DNA of 64,000 bases, taken from assembly GCA_965201075.1 (NCBI GenBank), contig CBDAVP010000010.1, forward strand, positions 62,001-126,000, in the 5' to 3' direction. The translations under genes and the position numbers were made by a program. Below the pieces are notes generated by a model. The model saw nothing but the letters and a program-made list of their open reading frames with translations, was not told the DNA's origin and did no database searches. Shown here in pieces: positions 27,076-37,711 of the stretch (position 1 is the stretch's first letter; each line of letters starts with the position of its first letter). This stretch comes from Isosphaeraceae bacterium. Lineage in GTDB: Bacteria > Planctomycetota > Planctomycetia > Isosphaerales > Isosphaeraceae.

Positions 27076-29733
27076 ATGTCGCTCCTTCGTTGGCTCGTCC
27101 CGTCGGGATTGGCACTGCTGGTCGCCTCATCGTCGACCCTGGCCGAGCCTCTGACGCTCCACGTCGCCCCAAACGGCGATGACCATTGGTCCGGCGAGAA
27201 GGCGACGTCCGACGGCCGTTCCGATGGCCCACTGGCCTCGATCCGGGGGGCGCGCGACCGCGTTCGCGCCCTGCGTCGCGAGAGTCGCGATCCCATGATC
27301 GTCCGGATCGCGCCGGGGACGTACCCGGTCATGGAGCCGATCCGGTTCGAGCCGGGCGATGGGTCGGTCAGCTATCGAGCCGAGCCCGGAGCCCCTGTCA
27401 TCCTCGACGGCGGCCGGCGGATTGAGGGGTTCCGCGCCACGACCGAGGGGCGTTGGGTCGCTAACGTGGCCGACCTTCGAGTCGAGCAGCTTTACATCAA
27501 CGGCCAGCGTGCTCCGAGGGCCCGGACTCCCGACGAGTTCTACCGATATGTCCTGCGACGCGCCCCGAAGTCGGTCGACCCCGCCGGCCGGACCGCCTTC
27601 GTGGCGCGGCCCGGCGACCTGGAACCGTTGAAGGGCCTGACCCCACATCAACTGGCCGCGGCGGAGTTGGTGCTTTATCACTCTTGGGAGGTTTCTCGGC
27701 ACCGGATCGCCTCGGCAAACCCGGAGACGGGGCTCATCCGCCTGACCGGCCCGGCAACCTGGCCGATCCTCCAGTGGGGAGTGAACCAGCGTTACCATGT
27801 TGAGAATGTCCCCGCCGCGCTGGACCGACCCGGCGAGTGGACCTTCGACCCGGACGGCGGCACCCTGACCTATCTGCCACGACCGGGTGAGACGATGGAG
27901 AAGACCCAGTTCATCGCCCCCGTCGCCGACGCCTTTCTGACCATCGCGGGCGACCCCGACGCGAGCCGGCTCGTCGAGGGCTTGGAATTCCACGGGCTGA
28001 CCTTTCAGCACTCGCGATTTCTCCTCCCGCCCGAGGGGCACGGCGACGGCCAGGCCGCGGCGTCGGTTCCCGCCGTGGTCATGGCCGACGGCGCGAGGAA
28101 TCTGAGGTTTCGCGATTGCCGATTCGAGCATCTGGGGATTTACGGGGTCTGGTTCCGACGGGGCTGCGAGGGTTGTCGGGTCGAGCGTTGCGCCCTGGTT
28201 GACCTCGGCGCCGGCGGGGTGCGGATTGGCGAGGCCACGATCCCGGCCCGGCCCGAGCATGTCAACGGTCACAACACTGTCGAGGATTGCCTTCTGAGGC
28301 GTCTGGGGAGGGACTTCCCTGGAGCCATTGGCGTCTGGATCGGCCAGTCGTCCGATAACGCGGTCGTCCACAACGATATTGGCGACCAGCCCTACACGGC
28401 GGTCTCGGTCGGGTGGACCTGGGGCTACGGACCATCGGCCTGCCAGCGCAACACGATCGACTACAACCGATTGCACCACATCGGCCGAGGCGTCCTGAGC
28501 GACCTGGGCGCGGTCTACACGCTGGGGATCTCCGATGGGACCTCGGTCAGCCATAATGTCATCCACGACATCGACTCGTACAACCACGGCGGCGTCGGCG
28601 GCTGGGGGCTTTATAACGACGAGGGCTCGACCCATATCCGTCTGGAAAACAACCTGGTCTGGAACACCACGACTGGGAGTTACCACCAGCATTACGGGCG
28701 GGAGAACCTCGTCCGAAATAACATCCTCGCCTTCAGCCGCAGCGGTCAGGTCATGCGCAGTCGGGCCGAGGACCACCTGTCGTTCACGTTTGAACGCAAC
28801 CTGGTGGAATGGTCCGTCGGGCCGCTTTTGACGGGCGTTTGGACCGATCGGCAGTTCCGGCTCGACCACAACCTCTACTTCAACACCAACGGGGCCCCCG
28901 TCACCTTCGCCGGGCAGTCGCTGGACGACTGGCGGAAGCGGACCGGCCAGGACGAGCATTCCCGCATCGCCGATCCGGGTTTCGTCAACGCGGCCTCCGG
29001 AGATTTCCACCTCCGGCCGGACAGTCCCGCGACGTCGTTGGGGTTCGTGCCGTTCGACCCGTCGGAGGCCGGCGTCCGAGGCGGAACGCCCTGGTCGGCC
29101 GAGGCGCATCAAAGGGTCGCCCCGACCCGGTTCGCGCCGTCCCCGCCGCCGATGGTGGTACGGGAGGACTTCGAGCCACCCTGGGTTGCCGAGGGGCCCT
29201 ATCTTCCCGACGGCGCGGGGGCGGGTCACCCCGATCACATCACCGCCACCCCCGCCGCGGCCTTCCACGGCAAGCAAGGTCTGCGGCTCGCCGACGAGGC
29301 GGGCATTTCGCCCGGCTACGACCCGCATTTCTTCCTGCAGCCTCATTACGACAAAGGCATCGCCACCTGTTCGTTCGCCCTGAGAGGTTCCCCGGGGGCG
29401 GTCTTTTCCCACGAGTGGCGAGACGGCGCGACCTCTTACCGGGTCGGTCCCTCGCTCTGGCTCCAGGACGGCCACCTGCGCGTTTCCGGCCGCGATCTCA
29501 TGGATCTGCCCGCCAACGAGTGGGTGCGTGTGACGATACGATGCCGCCTCGACGCCAACACGCCGACTTGGTACCTCACGCTGACCAGGCCCGGCGCCGC
29601 CGCCGTCCACCTTACCGGCCTACCCACCTCCGCGGGCTGGAAGTCGGTCGACTGGGTTGGCTTCGTCAGCTCCGCCGAGACGTCCGCGACCGTCGACCTC
29701 GACGAATTAAAGTGGAACGATGACACTCCTTGA
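27076..29733 (+). CDS. Secreted right-handed parallel beta-helix protein (GH141/pectate-lyase-like carbohydrate-active enzyme)
   Basis: Signal peptide, HVAPNGDD.WSG...GPLASI, LDRPGEW, SDLGAVYTLG, WGLYNDEGS, ADPGF...GDF.L. Confidence 0.85.
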   Translation: MSLLRWLVPSGLALLVASSSTLAEPLTLHVAPNGDDHWSGEKATSDGRSDGPLASIRGARDRVRALRRESRDPMIVRIAPGTYPVMEPIRFEPGDGSVSYRAEPGAPVILDGGRRIEGFRATTEGRWVANVADLRVEQLYINGQRAPRARTPDEFYRYVLRRAPKSVDPAGRTAFVARPGDLEPLKGLTPHQLAAAELVLYHSWEVSRHRIASANPETGLIRLTGPATWPILQWGVNQRYHVENVPAALDRPGEWTFDPDGGTLTYLPRPGETMEKTQFIAPVADAFLTIAGDPDASRLVEGLEFHGLTFQHSRFLLPPEGHGDGQAAASVPAVVMADGARNLRFRDCRFEHLGIYGVWFRRGCEGCRVERCALVDLGAGGVRIGEATIPARPEHVNGHNTVEDCLLRRLGRDFPGAIGVWIGQSSDNAVVHNDIGDQPYTAVSVGWTWGYGPSACQRNTIDYNRLHHIGRGVLSDLGAVYTLGISDGTSVSHNVIHDIDSYNHGGVGGWGLYNDEGSTHIRLENNLVWNTTTGSYHQHYGRENLVRNNILAFSRSGQVMRSRAEDHLSFTFERNLVEWSVGPLLTGVWTDRQFRLDHNLYFNTNGAPVTFAGQSLDDWRKRTGQDEHSRIADPGFVNAASGDFHLRPDSPATSLGFVPFDPSEAGVRGGTPWSAEAHQRVAPTRFAPSPPPMVVREDFEPPWVAEGPYLPDGAGAGHPDHITATPAAAFHGKQGLRLADEAGISPGYDPHFFLQPHYDKGIATCSFALRGSPGAVFSHEWRDGATSYRVGPSLWLQDGHLRVSGRDLMDLPANEWVRVTIRCRLDANTPTWYLTLTRPGAAAVHLTGLPTSAGWKSVDWVGFVSSAETSATVDLDELKWNDDTP

Positions 29734-30015
29734 AAACCAGAACCGTACACCGCCCAAGGGGCGGACGGCTCGGCCCATTACGGCGATGACGGGTCGCATC
29801 GCTCGACGGATTCTATCAAAAGTCTTGTGTCAGGCCCTTGCGAGGGGTGGTAAGTTGGTTTAGGTTGGATTGCAGCATGGACTGGTAGCGGACATATCCT
29901 CGCCGTCCCCAGAGACCAATCTTCTGGGGTCATCGGTCCCGTCGCGCACCGTTCGTATTCTGACCGTTCGGTCTGCAATCACTTCCGTTCGCTCTAGCAA
30001 AAGGAGTTTCTGTCG

Positions 30016-31134
30016 ATGCCATCCATTTCGCGCAAGCGCCGAGGGTTCACGCTGATTGAACTCCTCGTCGTCATCGCCATCATCGGGGTCCTCATCGGGC
30101 TGCTACTGCCAGCGGTCCAGGCCGCCCGCGAGGCGGCCCGTCGTGCTCAATGCGTCAACAACTTGAAGCAGTTGGGGCTGGCCGTACATAACTACCAGTC
30201 GTCCAACAATGCTCTCCCGGCGAGTTGTATCTACCTAGCGAACTATTGCCAGGGAGGATGGCAGTTCAACTGGACCGCCCGGTTGCTCAACAACCTCGAG
30301 CAGTCAGCGCTTTTCAACTCGATCAACTTTAGCTTCGGGCCGAACGAACCCGTCCCGGGCGTGATCGTCGGGCCGAATACAACGGTTGGGTTGACGCAAT
30401 TGAATGCGTTCATCTGCCCATCAGATAACCAGACCGGGCGATGTCAGACACCTTATGCGGGCTCGAACTACGTCGGTTCCGTCGGCGGCCCAGGCGTAAT
30501 CTCCCCCTGGTCCGGTACGATTGTTCCGTCGTATAATGTTTGCCCGTACAATCCGACGCCCCCGGGGGGGGTGGCCGCCTGGTGGGGCCAGGAGGCAAAT
30601 ATGGGGACGTTTGGATTGGAAAGCGTCGTGGACGGAACCTCCAATACCGGCCTCTTCAGCGAGCGGCTTCGAGGTATCCCGGGTAATACTCCCGTGGTGA
30701 TGGGTACGAATCAGGACTCCAAGCGGGGGATCTGGCTAATCGATACCGGTGCGACCCCGCCGGCCTCGGGAAGCGGCCCGTTGGCATTGCAGATGATCGC
30801 CACCTGCAAAGCGGTACCGGCTGGGAAGCCGTCGGACCTTTCAAGTTGGAACGGCGGTTGGTGGGATTACGCGTTCCCCTGGCATGTGGTGGTCAACGGT
30901 TACAGCCACTTTGGTGGCCCGAACAGCATGACATGCTCGGGCAACAGCGGTGCGGATAGTGCTTGGGGCGGTCGGACAGCCCTGGTACCGCCGACGAGCA
31001 ACCACTCGGGCGGCGTCAACGTCTGCTTCACTGACGGTTCGGTGAAGTTCATTCGTGATTCGATCAACCTGACGACTTGGTGGGCGTTGGGGACTCGCAG
31101 TGGTGGCGAAGTGGTCTCGGCCAGCGATTACTGA
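30016..31134 (+). CDS. DUF1559 prepilin-type N-terminal cleavage/methylation protein
   Basis: [44 protein letters not shown] and C-terminal [14 protein letters not shown] (H-X9-DG). Confidence 0.95.
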   Translation: MPSISRKRRGFTLIELLVVIAIIGVLIGLLLPAVQAAREAARRAQCVNNLKQLGLAVHNYQSSNNALPASCIYLANYCQGGWQFNWTARLLNNLEQSALFNSINFSFGPNEPVPGVIVGPNTTVGLTQLNAFICPSDNQTGRCQTPYAGSNYVGSVGGPGVISPWSGTIVPSYNVCPYNPTPPGGVAAWWGQEANMGTFGLESVVDGTSNTGLFSERLRGIPGNTPVVMGTNQDSKRGIWLIDTGATPPASGSGPLALQMIATCKAVPAGKPSDLSSWNGGWWDYAFPWHVVVNGYSHFGGPNSMTCSGNSGADSAWGGRTALVPPTSNHSGGVNVCFTDGSVKFIRDSINLTTWWALGTRSGGEVVSASDY

Positions 31135-31301
31135 GCCGTTCCGGGCGAACTGGCCCGGCCACGATTCCGATGGCCGGGTAGTCTCGAGGGGGGCTTCCTT
31201 CGCTCTTCAGCCGACCAAACTCGAGCTCGGTGGGGGCGAGGATGGGCTACCTCCCATCCAATCCCTTCCCTTAGGGAAATTTCATTCTGGAGGTTTCTAA
31301 A

Positions 31302-31520
31302 GTGTCGATAATGCGAAAGTGCATCAGACTGTTGACCCTCTCGACGATCGTCGCGAGTCTGGCCGGCTGCGGCGGTGGGGGTGTGAAGGAAGGGATGCCC
31401 GACAACATCCCTTTGAAGGCTGACCAGCCGCCCAATCCCACCGGGATCACCGTCAAGGACTTCAATAAGGCGATGTCAGGCAAGCGCATGGAGGGGGTTC
31501 CCCCACCCCCGAAAAACTGA
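31302..31520 (+). CDS. Small lipoprotein associated with DUF1559
   Basis: GGAGG RBS and lipobox LAG-C followed by GGGG. Confidence 0.8.
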   Translation: MSIMRKCIRLLTLSTIVASLAGCGGGGVKEGMPDNIPLKADQPPNPTGITVKDFNKAMSGKRMEGVPPPPKN

Positions 31521-32168
31521 TCTCACGGACGGGTCTTGTGTGCCCTCAGCTTGAGATCCCCATGTTGCGAAGGCTGTCCCGGTCCCGCTCTCCGTCGCGG
31601 GGTCGGGCAACTTCGTTTTCGGGAGGGTCGTCGTGGCGAGGGGGTTTGCCTGGGTAATCCGATACGTGGTGACGGAGCTGGAAGATCATCAGATTTGAGC
31701 TTCGGAGATATTGATCCGAAGCGTGAGATCATCCCGATTAATGCTCCCTCTGGCATCGCAATCTTGCCTTCGCCAGCCTGAAATGATTTGAAGCATCTTG
31801 ATGACTTATCGCGTGAGAGTATACGACGACTGCCGCATGATCGTTCCTCGGGGTTTGACCCTTTCGGGAATTCTCGGTGGACAATTGGGTCGTGGGGCTG
31901 GCTTCCGCGGAGATTTTCTGGAATGCCCCGTCGGAGGTTCCTCCGCCAATGCCGGCTGGGAGCATCATCCCCAATGACATGAACCAGGATGACGCGGCTC
32001 AGAGAGTTGCGGCCCAGCATACCCTGCCGCGTATTCTTGCTCTCCACCCAGCGGTGTCCTCCGCCGTCCCGTGAGGTCGAGCCCCCGTCGGACTTCCTCA
32101 CGGTCTCTTCCGCACGTGGCGGGGGAACTAGGCATTAGGTTTTCGTCTAGGACCACCATCCCCTTCCC

Positions 32169-35102
32169 TTGATGTCGCTGAATCCTTGGAGGTCACCCTT
32201 GTCTCGGCGATCCTGGGTCGTGGCGGGCTTGGTCGCGGGTTTGGCCTGTGTGGGTGTCGGGATGGTCGCGGTGAGTTGGTCGCGGGCCGAGCGGGCCTTT
32301 CGCGAGGAATTGGCCGCGGCCACGGCTGACCTGGACGCCGGTCGGACGTCGGAGGCGAAACTTCGGCTGACCCGTTTGAACGACGGGTGGCCCGGTCGGC
32401 CCGAGGTTGCCTATCAGTGGGGTCGGGCGGAACTGGCTCGTGGCCGCATGGCCGAGGCCCTGGCCGCCTGGGAACGCGTGCCCTGGAACGCCCCCGAGGG
32501 TCCTCGCGCCGCGGTGGACCGGGGGGCGCTGCTGTTCCGGACCGGGCATCACAGCGAGGCCGAGCGGCTCTTGACCCCGGCGTTGGACCTGCCGCCACCG
32601 CTTGGGACTGAGGCTCGCTTCAGTCTGAACCGCATCCGACGCATGGAAGGGCGGATGGACGAGGTTCGGACCCTGCTGGAACGGCCGGGTGGGGCTGCCG
32701 CCGAGTGGATTTCCCGGTTGGTCGAGCTTTGGTATATCGAACACGGAGGGTATCCGGTCGAGGGAGTGCGGCGAGCCCTGGACGCGGCCGACCCCGACGA
32801 TGACCGGATCTGGCTGGGCCGGGCCAACATGGCGCTTCGGCTGGGCCGGAACGATGAGGCGGCCGAGTGGCTGGGCCGCTGCCAGGCTCGGCGACCGGAG
32901 GATTCCGCCGTCTGGCGAGGGTGGCTCGACTGGTCCCGGGCGGTGGGCGACACCGACCAGGCGCGCCGGGCACTCGATCACCTGCCCGCCGAGGGGTTCG
33001 ACACGACGGAGGTTCTCGCTCTGAGAGCCTGGTTCGCCTCGGTGCGAGGGGACACGGCCGGCGAACGCGCGGCGCTGGAAAAAGTGGCTGAGATCGGCCC
33101 CCGACGCGGCAAGGCCCTGGAACGGCTGGTGGAACTGGCCAAGGCCGCTGGCCAGCCCGATCGGGTCGCCGACCTCCGGCGTCGCAAGGCCCGGGAGGAT
33201 GAGGCCCTGGAGAGCTACCGGAAGAAGGTCACCGCCGCCGACCCCAAACCCGACGCCGCCGAACTGGCCAGGCTGGCCGAGGAACTGGGACTTCGGTTCG
33301 AGGCCCGAAGCTGGGCCGAGATCGCCGCGCATGATGGGTCGGAGCCCGCCCGCGCGATGCTCGCCCGGCTCGATCGGACGCCGCCCCCAGCGGTTCCGTC
33401 GGGCCAGACCCTGGCTCAGCGCTTAGCCCTGGCCCAAGGCGAACCCACGACGCCGACGACAGGGGCTCCGTCGACCAGGTCCCTCGCGGCCGACCGCGTC
33501 CTTTTGCCAGACGACGCCGAGGGAGCGGGGCTGCGGTTTTCGTTCCAAGATGGCCAGTCCCCCGAACGGCAGTTGCCGGAGTCGATGGCCGGGGGAGTCG
33601 GTGTCCTGGACTTCGACAGCGACGGCTGGCTCGACGTGTACGCGATCCAGGGGGGCCCGTTTCCGCCTGACCCCGCCAAGGCCGTCGCGGGCGCGGGGGA
33701 TCGGCTGTTTCGCAACAAGGGGGACGGCACCTTCGAGGACGCCACGGCGAGGTCGGGGATCGGCGGGTTTCCGGGCGGCTATGGGCAGGGGATCGCCGTG
33801 GGCGACTTCGATAACGACGGTCATCCCGACATCTTCCTGACCCGCTGGCGGTCGTATGCCCTGTATCGGAACAAGGGAGATGGCACCTTCGAGGACGCCA
33901 CCGCACGTGCTGGCCTGGCTGGCGATCGCGACTGGCCGACGTCCTGCGCCTGGGCCGACCTTGACGGCGATGGCGACCTTGACCTCTATGTCTGCCACTA
34001 CCTGGACTGGGACACCGAACATCCCAAGACCTGCTACGATGCTCAGGCGAAAGTGAACAAGTACTGCGACCCCCGCCTGTTCACCCCCCGGCCCGACCAT
34101 CTTTTCCGCAACGACGGCGGCCGTTTCGTCGACGTCACGACCGAGGCGGGGATCGTCGACCGCGACGGCCGGGGCCTCGGCGTGGTGGCCAACGACCTCG
34201 ACGGTGACGGCAAGGTGGATTTGTTCGTGGCCAACGACACCTCGGCGAACTACCTATTTCGCAACCTCGGAGGCTTCCGGTTCGAGGAGGTGGGGCACGA
34301 CTCGGGCGTGGCGTCGTCGGCCAACGGCAGCTACCTGGCGGGGATGGGCGTGGCCTGCGGCGACCTGGACGGCGATGGGTTGGCCGACCTGGCGGTGACG
34401 AACTTCTACCACGAGTCGACGACCTTCTACCGGAACCTGGGCGACGGGGTCTTCGCCGACCAGACCGAGGGGGTGGGCCTGGCCGCGACCAGTCGCCACC
34501 TGCTGGGCTTCGGCGCGGGGTTCCTCGACGCCGACGGCGACGGCCGGCTCGACCTCCTGACGGTCAACGGCCACGTCAACGACAACGGTGCCTTCTTCGC
34601 CCATGCGATGCCCGCGAGGCTTTGGCTGGGCAGTCCCTCGGGGCGGTTGGTCGAAGCCCTCGTGAGTGGACCCTTCGAGGAGGCTCGCATCGGCCGAGGC
34701 CTGGCGGTGGCCGACCTGGACAACGACGGTCGGCCCGACGCCCTGGCCGTGGCGCTCGACCGGCCGCTGGCCTATTTCCACAATCGTTCCGCCGGGGGTC
34801 ACTCCCTGACCTTGCGGCTGGAGGGAACCCCGTCCAACCGCGACGGCGTGGGGGCGGTGGTCACGCTGGTCGCCGGGGGGCGTCGGCAGGTCCGCTGGCG
34901 ATTTGGCGGCGGCAGCTACCTTTCGGTCGGCGACCCACGGATTCACTTCGGGCTTGGCGATGCCAAGGTCGCCGACTCGGTGGAGGTTCGCTGGCCCTCG
35001 GGCCATGTCGATCGGTTCGACCACCTACCGGCCGACGCGGGCTACCTGGTTCGCGAAGGGGCCGAGGGCCCGTCCCCCCTGACCGGGTTCGTGAAACGCT
35101 GA
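32169..35102 (+). CDS. TPR-repeat plus CRTAC1-like (FG-GAP repeats, ASPIC/UnbV) protein
   Basis: N-terminal TM helix, TPR-like helices, DFDSDGWLD/DFDNDGHPD/DLDGDG repeats, and C-terminal SNRDGVGA...GGSYLS...HFGLG...VRWPSG. Confidence 0.9.
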   Translation: MMSLNPWRSPLSRRSWVVAGLVAGLACVGVGMVAVSWSRAERAFREELAAATADLDAGRTSEAKLRLTRLNDGWPGRPEVAYQWGRAELARGRMAEALAAWERVPWNAPEGPRAAVDRGALLFRTGHHSEAERLLTPALDLPPPLGTEARFSLNRIRRMEGRMDEVRTLLERPGGAAAEWISRLVELWYIEHGGYPVEGVRRALDAADPDDDRIWLGRANMALRLGRNDEAAEWLGRCQARRPEDSAVWRGWLDWSRAVGDTDQARRALDHLPAEGFDTTEVLALRAWFASVRGDTAGERAALEKVAEIGPRRGKALERLVELAKAAGQPDRVADLRRRKAREDEALESYRKKVTAADPKPDAAELARLAEELGLRFEARSWAEIAAHDGSEPARAMLARLDRTPPPAVPSGQTLAQRLALAQGEPTTPTTGAPSTRSLAADRVLLPDDAEGAGLRFSFQDGQSPERQLPESMAGGVGVLDFDSDGWLDVYAIQGGPFPPDPAKAVAGAGDRLFRNKGDGTFEDATARSGIGGFPGGYGQGIAVGDFDNDGHPDIFLTRWRSYALYRNKGDGTFEDATARAGLAGDRDWPTSCAWADLDGDGDLDLYVCHYLDWDTEHPKTCYDAQAKVNKYCDPRLFTPRPDHLFRNDGGRFVDVTTEAGIVDRDGRGLGVVANDLDGDGKVDLFVANDTSANYLFRNLGGFRFEEVGHDSGVASSANGSYLAGMGVACGDLDGDGLADLAVTNFYHESTTFYRNLGDGVFADQTEGVGLAATSRHLLGFGAGFLDADGDGRLDLLTVNGHVNDNGAFFAHAMPARLWLGSPSGRLVEALVSGPFEEARIGRGLAVADLDNDGRPDALAVALDRPLAYFHNRSAGGHSLTLRLEGTPSNRDGVGAVVTLVAGGRRQVRWRFGGGSYLSVGDPRIHFGLGDAKVADSVEVRWPSGHVDRFDHLPADAGYLVREGAEGPSPLTGFVKR

Positions 35103-36214
35103 ATCAAAGGGATCGGGTTGACGGTCCTTGCCACGACCGGCTGGGCGATGACGACCTCGGCCGGGGGGGCCAGATGTTGGCCGAGCCAGAGGTAGGCCGG
35201 CGGCAGGGCGCTTCGGAAGTAGCGGAGTGAGTGCGTGCCGTTGGGGTCGCGGACGGTGGTCACGCTTACGCCTCGCGAGGCCGCCAGCCAGGCGAATGAC
35301 TCGGCCTGAGCGTCGAAGTTGAAGTTGTCGCGACCGGGATAGCCGACGTAAATCGCCAGCTCTCCGGGTTGCAGGCGGGTGGAGGTCAGCAGGTCGGCGG
35401 GGTTGTCCTGGGCGATCCGCGCTTCCACTCCCGGGGGCACGCCGAAGACCGGCTCAATGTACTTCGAGGCTTTGGAGCGGCTCAGGCCGCCGAGGAACTT
35501 GCCGATCACCGCGTCCGGGTCGTAACGGGTGCCCCAGCGGAAGGTGGCCGGGTCGAAGTCGGCGAAGTAGTCGTCCTGGACGTTGGTATAGCGCAGGTTC
35601 AGCGGACCGGCCAGCGAGGCGACGGCGGAGAAGGCGTCTCGGCGACGCAGGGCCAGGTTCATCGCCCCAAACCCCCCGGCCGAGGTGCCCAGCAGGGCCC
35701 TCGCCTGGCGATCGGGTCTCAACGAATACGTCCGCTCCAGGAACGGCAGAATCTCCCCCATCAGGTGGTCGCCGAATCGGCCGTTGGCGCCGTTGATGAA
35801 GAGCGAGTGCCGGTCCCGGGGGCGGTTCTCGCCTTTGAGCGTCCCGTCCGGGCAAGCGACGACCAACGGGGGGATCGCCCCGCTGCAAATCAGGTCGTCA
35901 ATGGCGCGCAACTGGTGGAAGCCGATCAGGGCATGCTCGTCGATGAACGCCATGTGCAGGTAGACGATCAGCGGGTAAGCCCGACTGGGTGAGTATCCCG
36001 GCGGCAGATAGACGTACAGGTCGCGAGGCTGGCCCAGAATCGCCGAGAAGATGCGGCGGTCGGCGCCGTGGTTGGAGGTGTGGTCGACGACCCGCCCCGC
36101 CAGGCGCGTATTGAATCGGTCGAGGTCGACCAGGTCGCGGAACTGGGCCGACGCGGGGCTCCCCGTCGCCAGCAAGATCCCCATCAGCAGCCCGAGGAAG
36201 CCGATTTTGCGCAT
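35042..36214 (-). CDS. Secreted alpha/beta-hydrolase (putative esterase family)
   Basis: Signal peptide, YVYLPPGY, GTSAGG nucleophile, GTHS. Confidence 0.85.
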   Translation of the reverse strand: MRKIGFLGLLMGILLATGSPASAQFRDLVDLDRFNTRLAGRVVDHTSNHGADRRIFSAILGQPRDLYVYLPPGYSPSRAYPLIVYLHMAFIDEHALIGFHQLRAIDDLICSGAIPPLVVACPDGTLKGENRPRDRHSLFINGANGRFGDHLMGEILPFLERTYSLRPDRQARALLGTSAGGFGAMNLALRRRDAFSAVASLAGPLNLRYTNVQDDYFADFDPATFRWGTRYDPDAVIGKFLGGLSRSKASKYIEPVFGVPPGVEARIAQDNPADLLTSTRLQPGELAIYVGYPGRDNFNFDAQAESFAWLAASRGVSVTTVRDPNGTHSLRYFRSALPPAYLWLGQHLAPPAEVVIAQPVVARTVNPIPLIQRFTNPVRGDGPSAPSRTR

Positions 36215-36344
36215 GGTGGGGGTCCGTCGGCGGCGCATCGGGGCGAGTTGGCGGGCGGCACCCCCTCAGTCTATCGGTGGTGGGGGCCGCCCGTCTCCTG
36301 GGAAGTTCCTTGCCGCCCGGAAAGCCGGACGGACGCCCCGCGTC

Positions 36345-37466
36345 TCAACCGGTCTGGCTGGGGGAGTCGGCGTTAACAAGCGTCGGCACGCGGACCGTGG
36401 AGAGTGTCTCGACCTGGGCGGGGTCGATCTTCTGTTTGCGAGTGTACGGCTCCAGGGTCTGGGCCTGGCCCGTGTCGAGGCAGCGGCGGATTGCCTCGAT
36501 CACGCGGACGTCGCACAGGCCCTCTTCCCCGTCGGGCTCGGGGTGGCGGTCGTGGAGGATGCAGTCGGAGAAGTACTTCGTCTCGCCGCCGAAGTGGTCG
36601 GTCGACTTGTACGCCTTTTCCGACTCCTTGGCCCCCACGGTCATCTGGTGTTCGAGCGACTTGCCAAACATGTAGGCCGGACGAGAGGTCAGAGTTCCCT
36701 TGGTTCCCACCACGATGTAGTCGTCGTGAGCGTCGCCCCGGTACGAGACGATGAACTGGGCCAGCCGCTCGCCAGGGAATTTCAAGGTGACGCTGACGGT
36801 GTCGTCCAGGTCTCCCAGGCCGGAGTTCGGGTCGCGGGCGGCCAGGGCGTGGACCTCGATCGGTTCCAGGCCGAAAAGGTTGCGGCAGGCGTTGATGGGA
36901 TAGGGGCCCATGTCGTAGACCGGGCCGTCCTCGAAGCCGTTACGGGCTCGGTTGTTGTCGGGCTTCAAGGGTTGCGAGAAGGTCGAGTTGAAGAAGCGCG
37001 GGTCGCCGAATTTGCCGCCGCGCAGTTGCTGGATTGCCGCCACGGTCGCCGGCTCGAAGTGGAGGCGATAGGCGATCATCAGCTTTGCCCCGCTGGCCTC
37101 GGAGGCGGCGATCATCTTGCGGCAGTCGTCCTCGCCGATGGCCATCGGCTTTTCCAGCAGGACGTGGACCCCCGCCTCCAGCGCCGGGACGACGAACTCG
37201 GTATGGCGTTCGTTGGGCGTGGCGACATAAAGGGCGTCGACCAGATCGTCGGCCAGGAACTGAGGGAATTCTTCATAGGAGTACGTCTTCTCCAGCCGGT
37301 AATCCTTTTTCAGGGCCGCGGCCTTCTCGGGGTCGCCCGTCACCAGTGCGGCCAGTTCCGAGTTTCCCGTGTGCTTGACCCCGGGCAGGAAATACCCCTG
37401 GGCGATCCAGCCGGCCCCGAGCGCCGCGTACCGCACCTTCCGACCCGAGACCGTCTTGGCCTTCAT
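36345..37466 (-). CDS. Gfo/Idh/MocA oxidoreductase (glucose-fructose oxidoreductase-like)
   Basis: GAGWIA, VATPN..H, HVLLEKPMA, AYRLHFEP, YDMGPYPIN. Confidence 0.9.
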   Translation of the reverse strand: MKAKTVSGRKVRYAALGAGWIAQGYFLPGVKHTGNSELAALVTGDPEKAAALKKDYRLEKTYSYEEFPQFLADDLVDALYVATPNERHTEFVVPALEAGVHVLLEKPMAIGEDDCRKMIAASEASGAKLMIAYRLHFEPATVAAIQQLRGGKFGDPRFFNSTFSQPLKPDNNRARNGFEDGPVYDMGPYPINACRNLFGLEPIEVHALAARDPNSGLGDLDDTVSVTLKFPGERLAQFIVSYRGDAHDDYIVVGTKGTLTSRPAYMFGKSLEHQMTVGAKESEKAYKSTDHFGGETKYFSDCILHDRHPEPDGEEGLCDVRVIEAIRRCLDTGQAQTLEPYTRKQKIDPAQVETLSTVRVPTLVNADSPSQTG

Positions 37467-37506
37467 CGCGTGTCCTCCCTTGGAGAGTTCGCCGGACTCG
37501 AAGCGG

Positions 37507-37522
37507 GGCAAGCTGGGTGCCC
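37507..37522 (-). promoter_or_regulatory. Putative sigma54 (-24/-12) promoter of the Gfo gene
   Basis: Minus strand GGGCACCCAGCTTGCC has GG-N10-GC spacing and lies ~40 nt upstream of the ATG. Confidence 0.6.
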
Positions 37523-37711
37523 TGGGCAATCGCCTGGTACTATTCGTTCGCGGAGTCTGGCGACGGCTTGGTGCATCTGGCGTGCCCAGTTAGGGAAGTT
37601 TCGTTGTGCTGTTCAGGCGGGGGAAGGGTCGGGTAAGATCGGGGTTTGCGCCCACCGTTGGTCCAGAGTCGGGGATCGCCTGCCGACGATGGACTGGGGG
37701 AGTTTTTTCGC

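Noticed and set aside
31750..31770. TGGCATCGCAATCTTGC as a sigma54 site
   Set aside because: GG to GC spacing is 12 nt rather than 10.
33705..33910. Near-identical direct repeats (AACAAGGG.GA.GGCACCTTCGAGGACGCCAC)
   Set aside because: These are coding FG-GAP blade repeats (RNKGDGTFEDAT), not a CRISPR array or mobile element.
35042..35102. 61-nt convergent overlap of two genes
   Set aside because: Low-information C-terminal tails. Such overlaps are common in GC-rich genomes.
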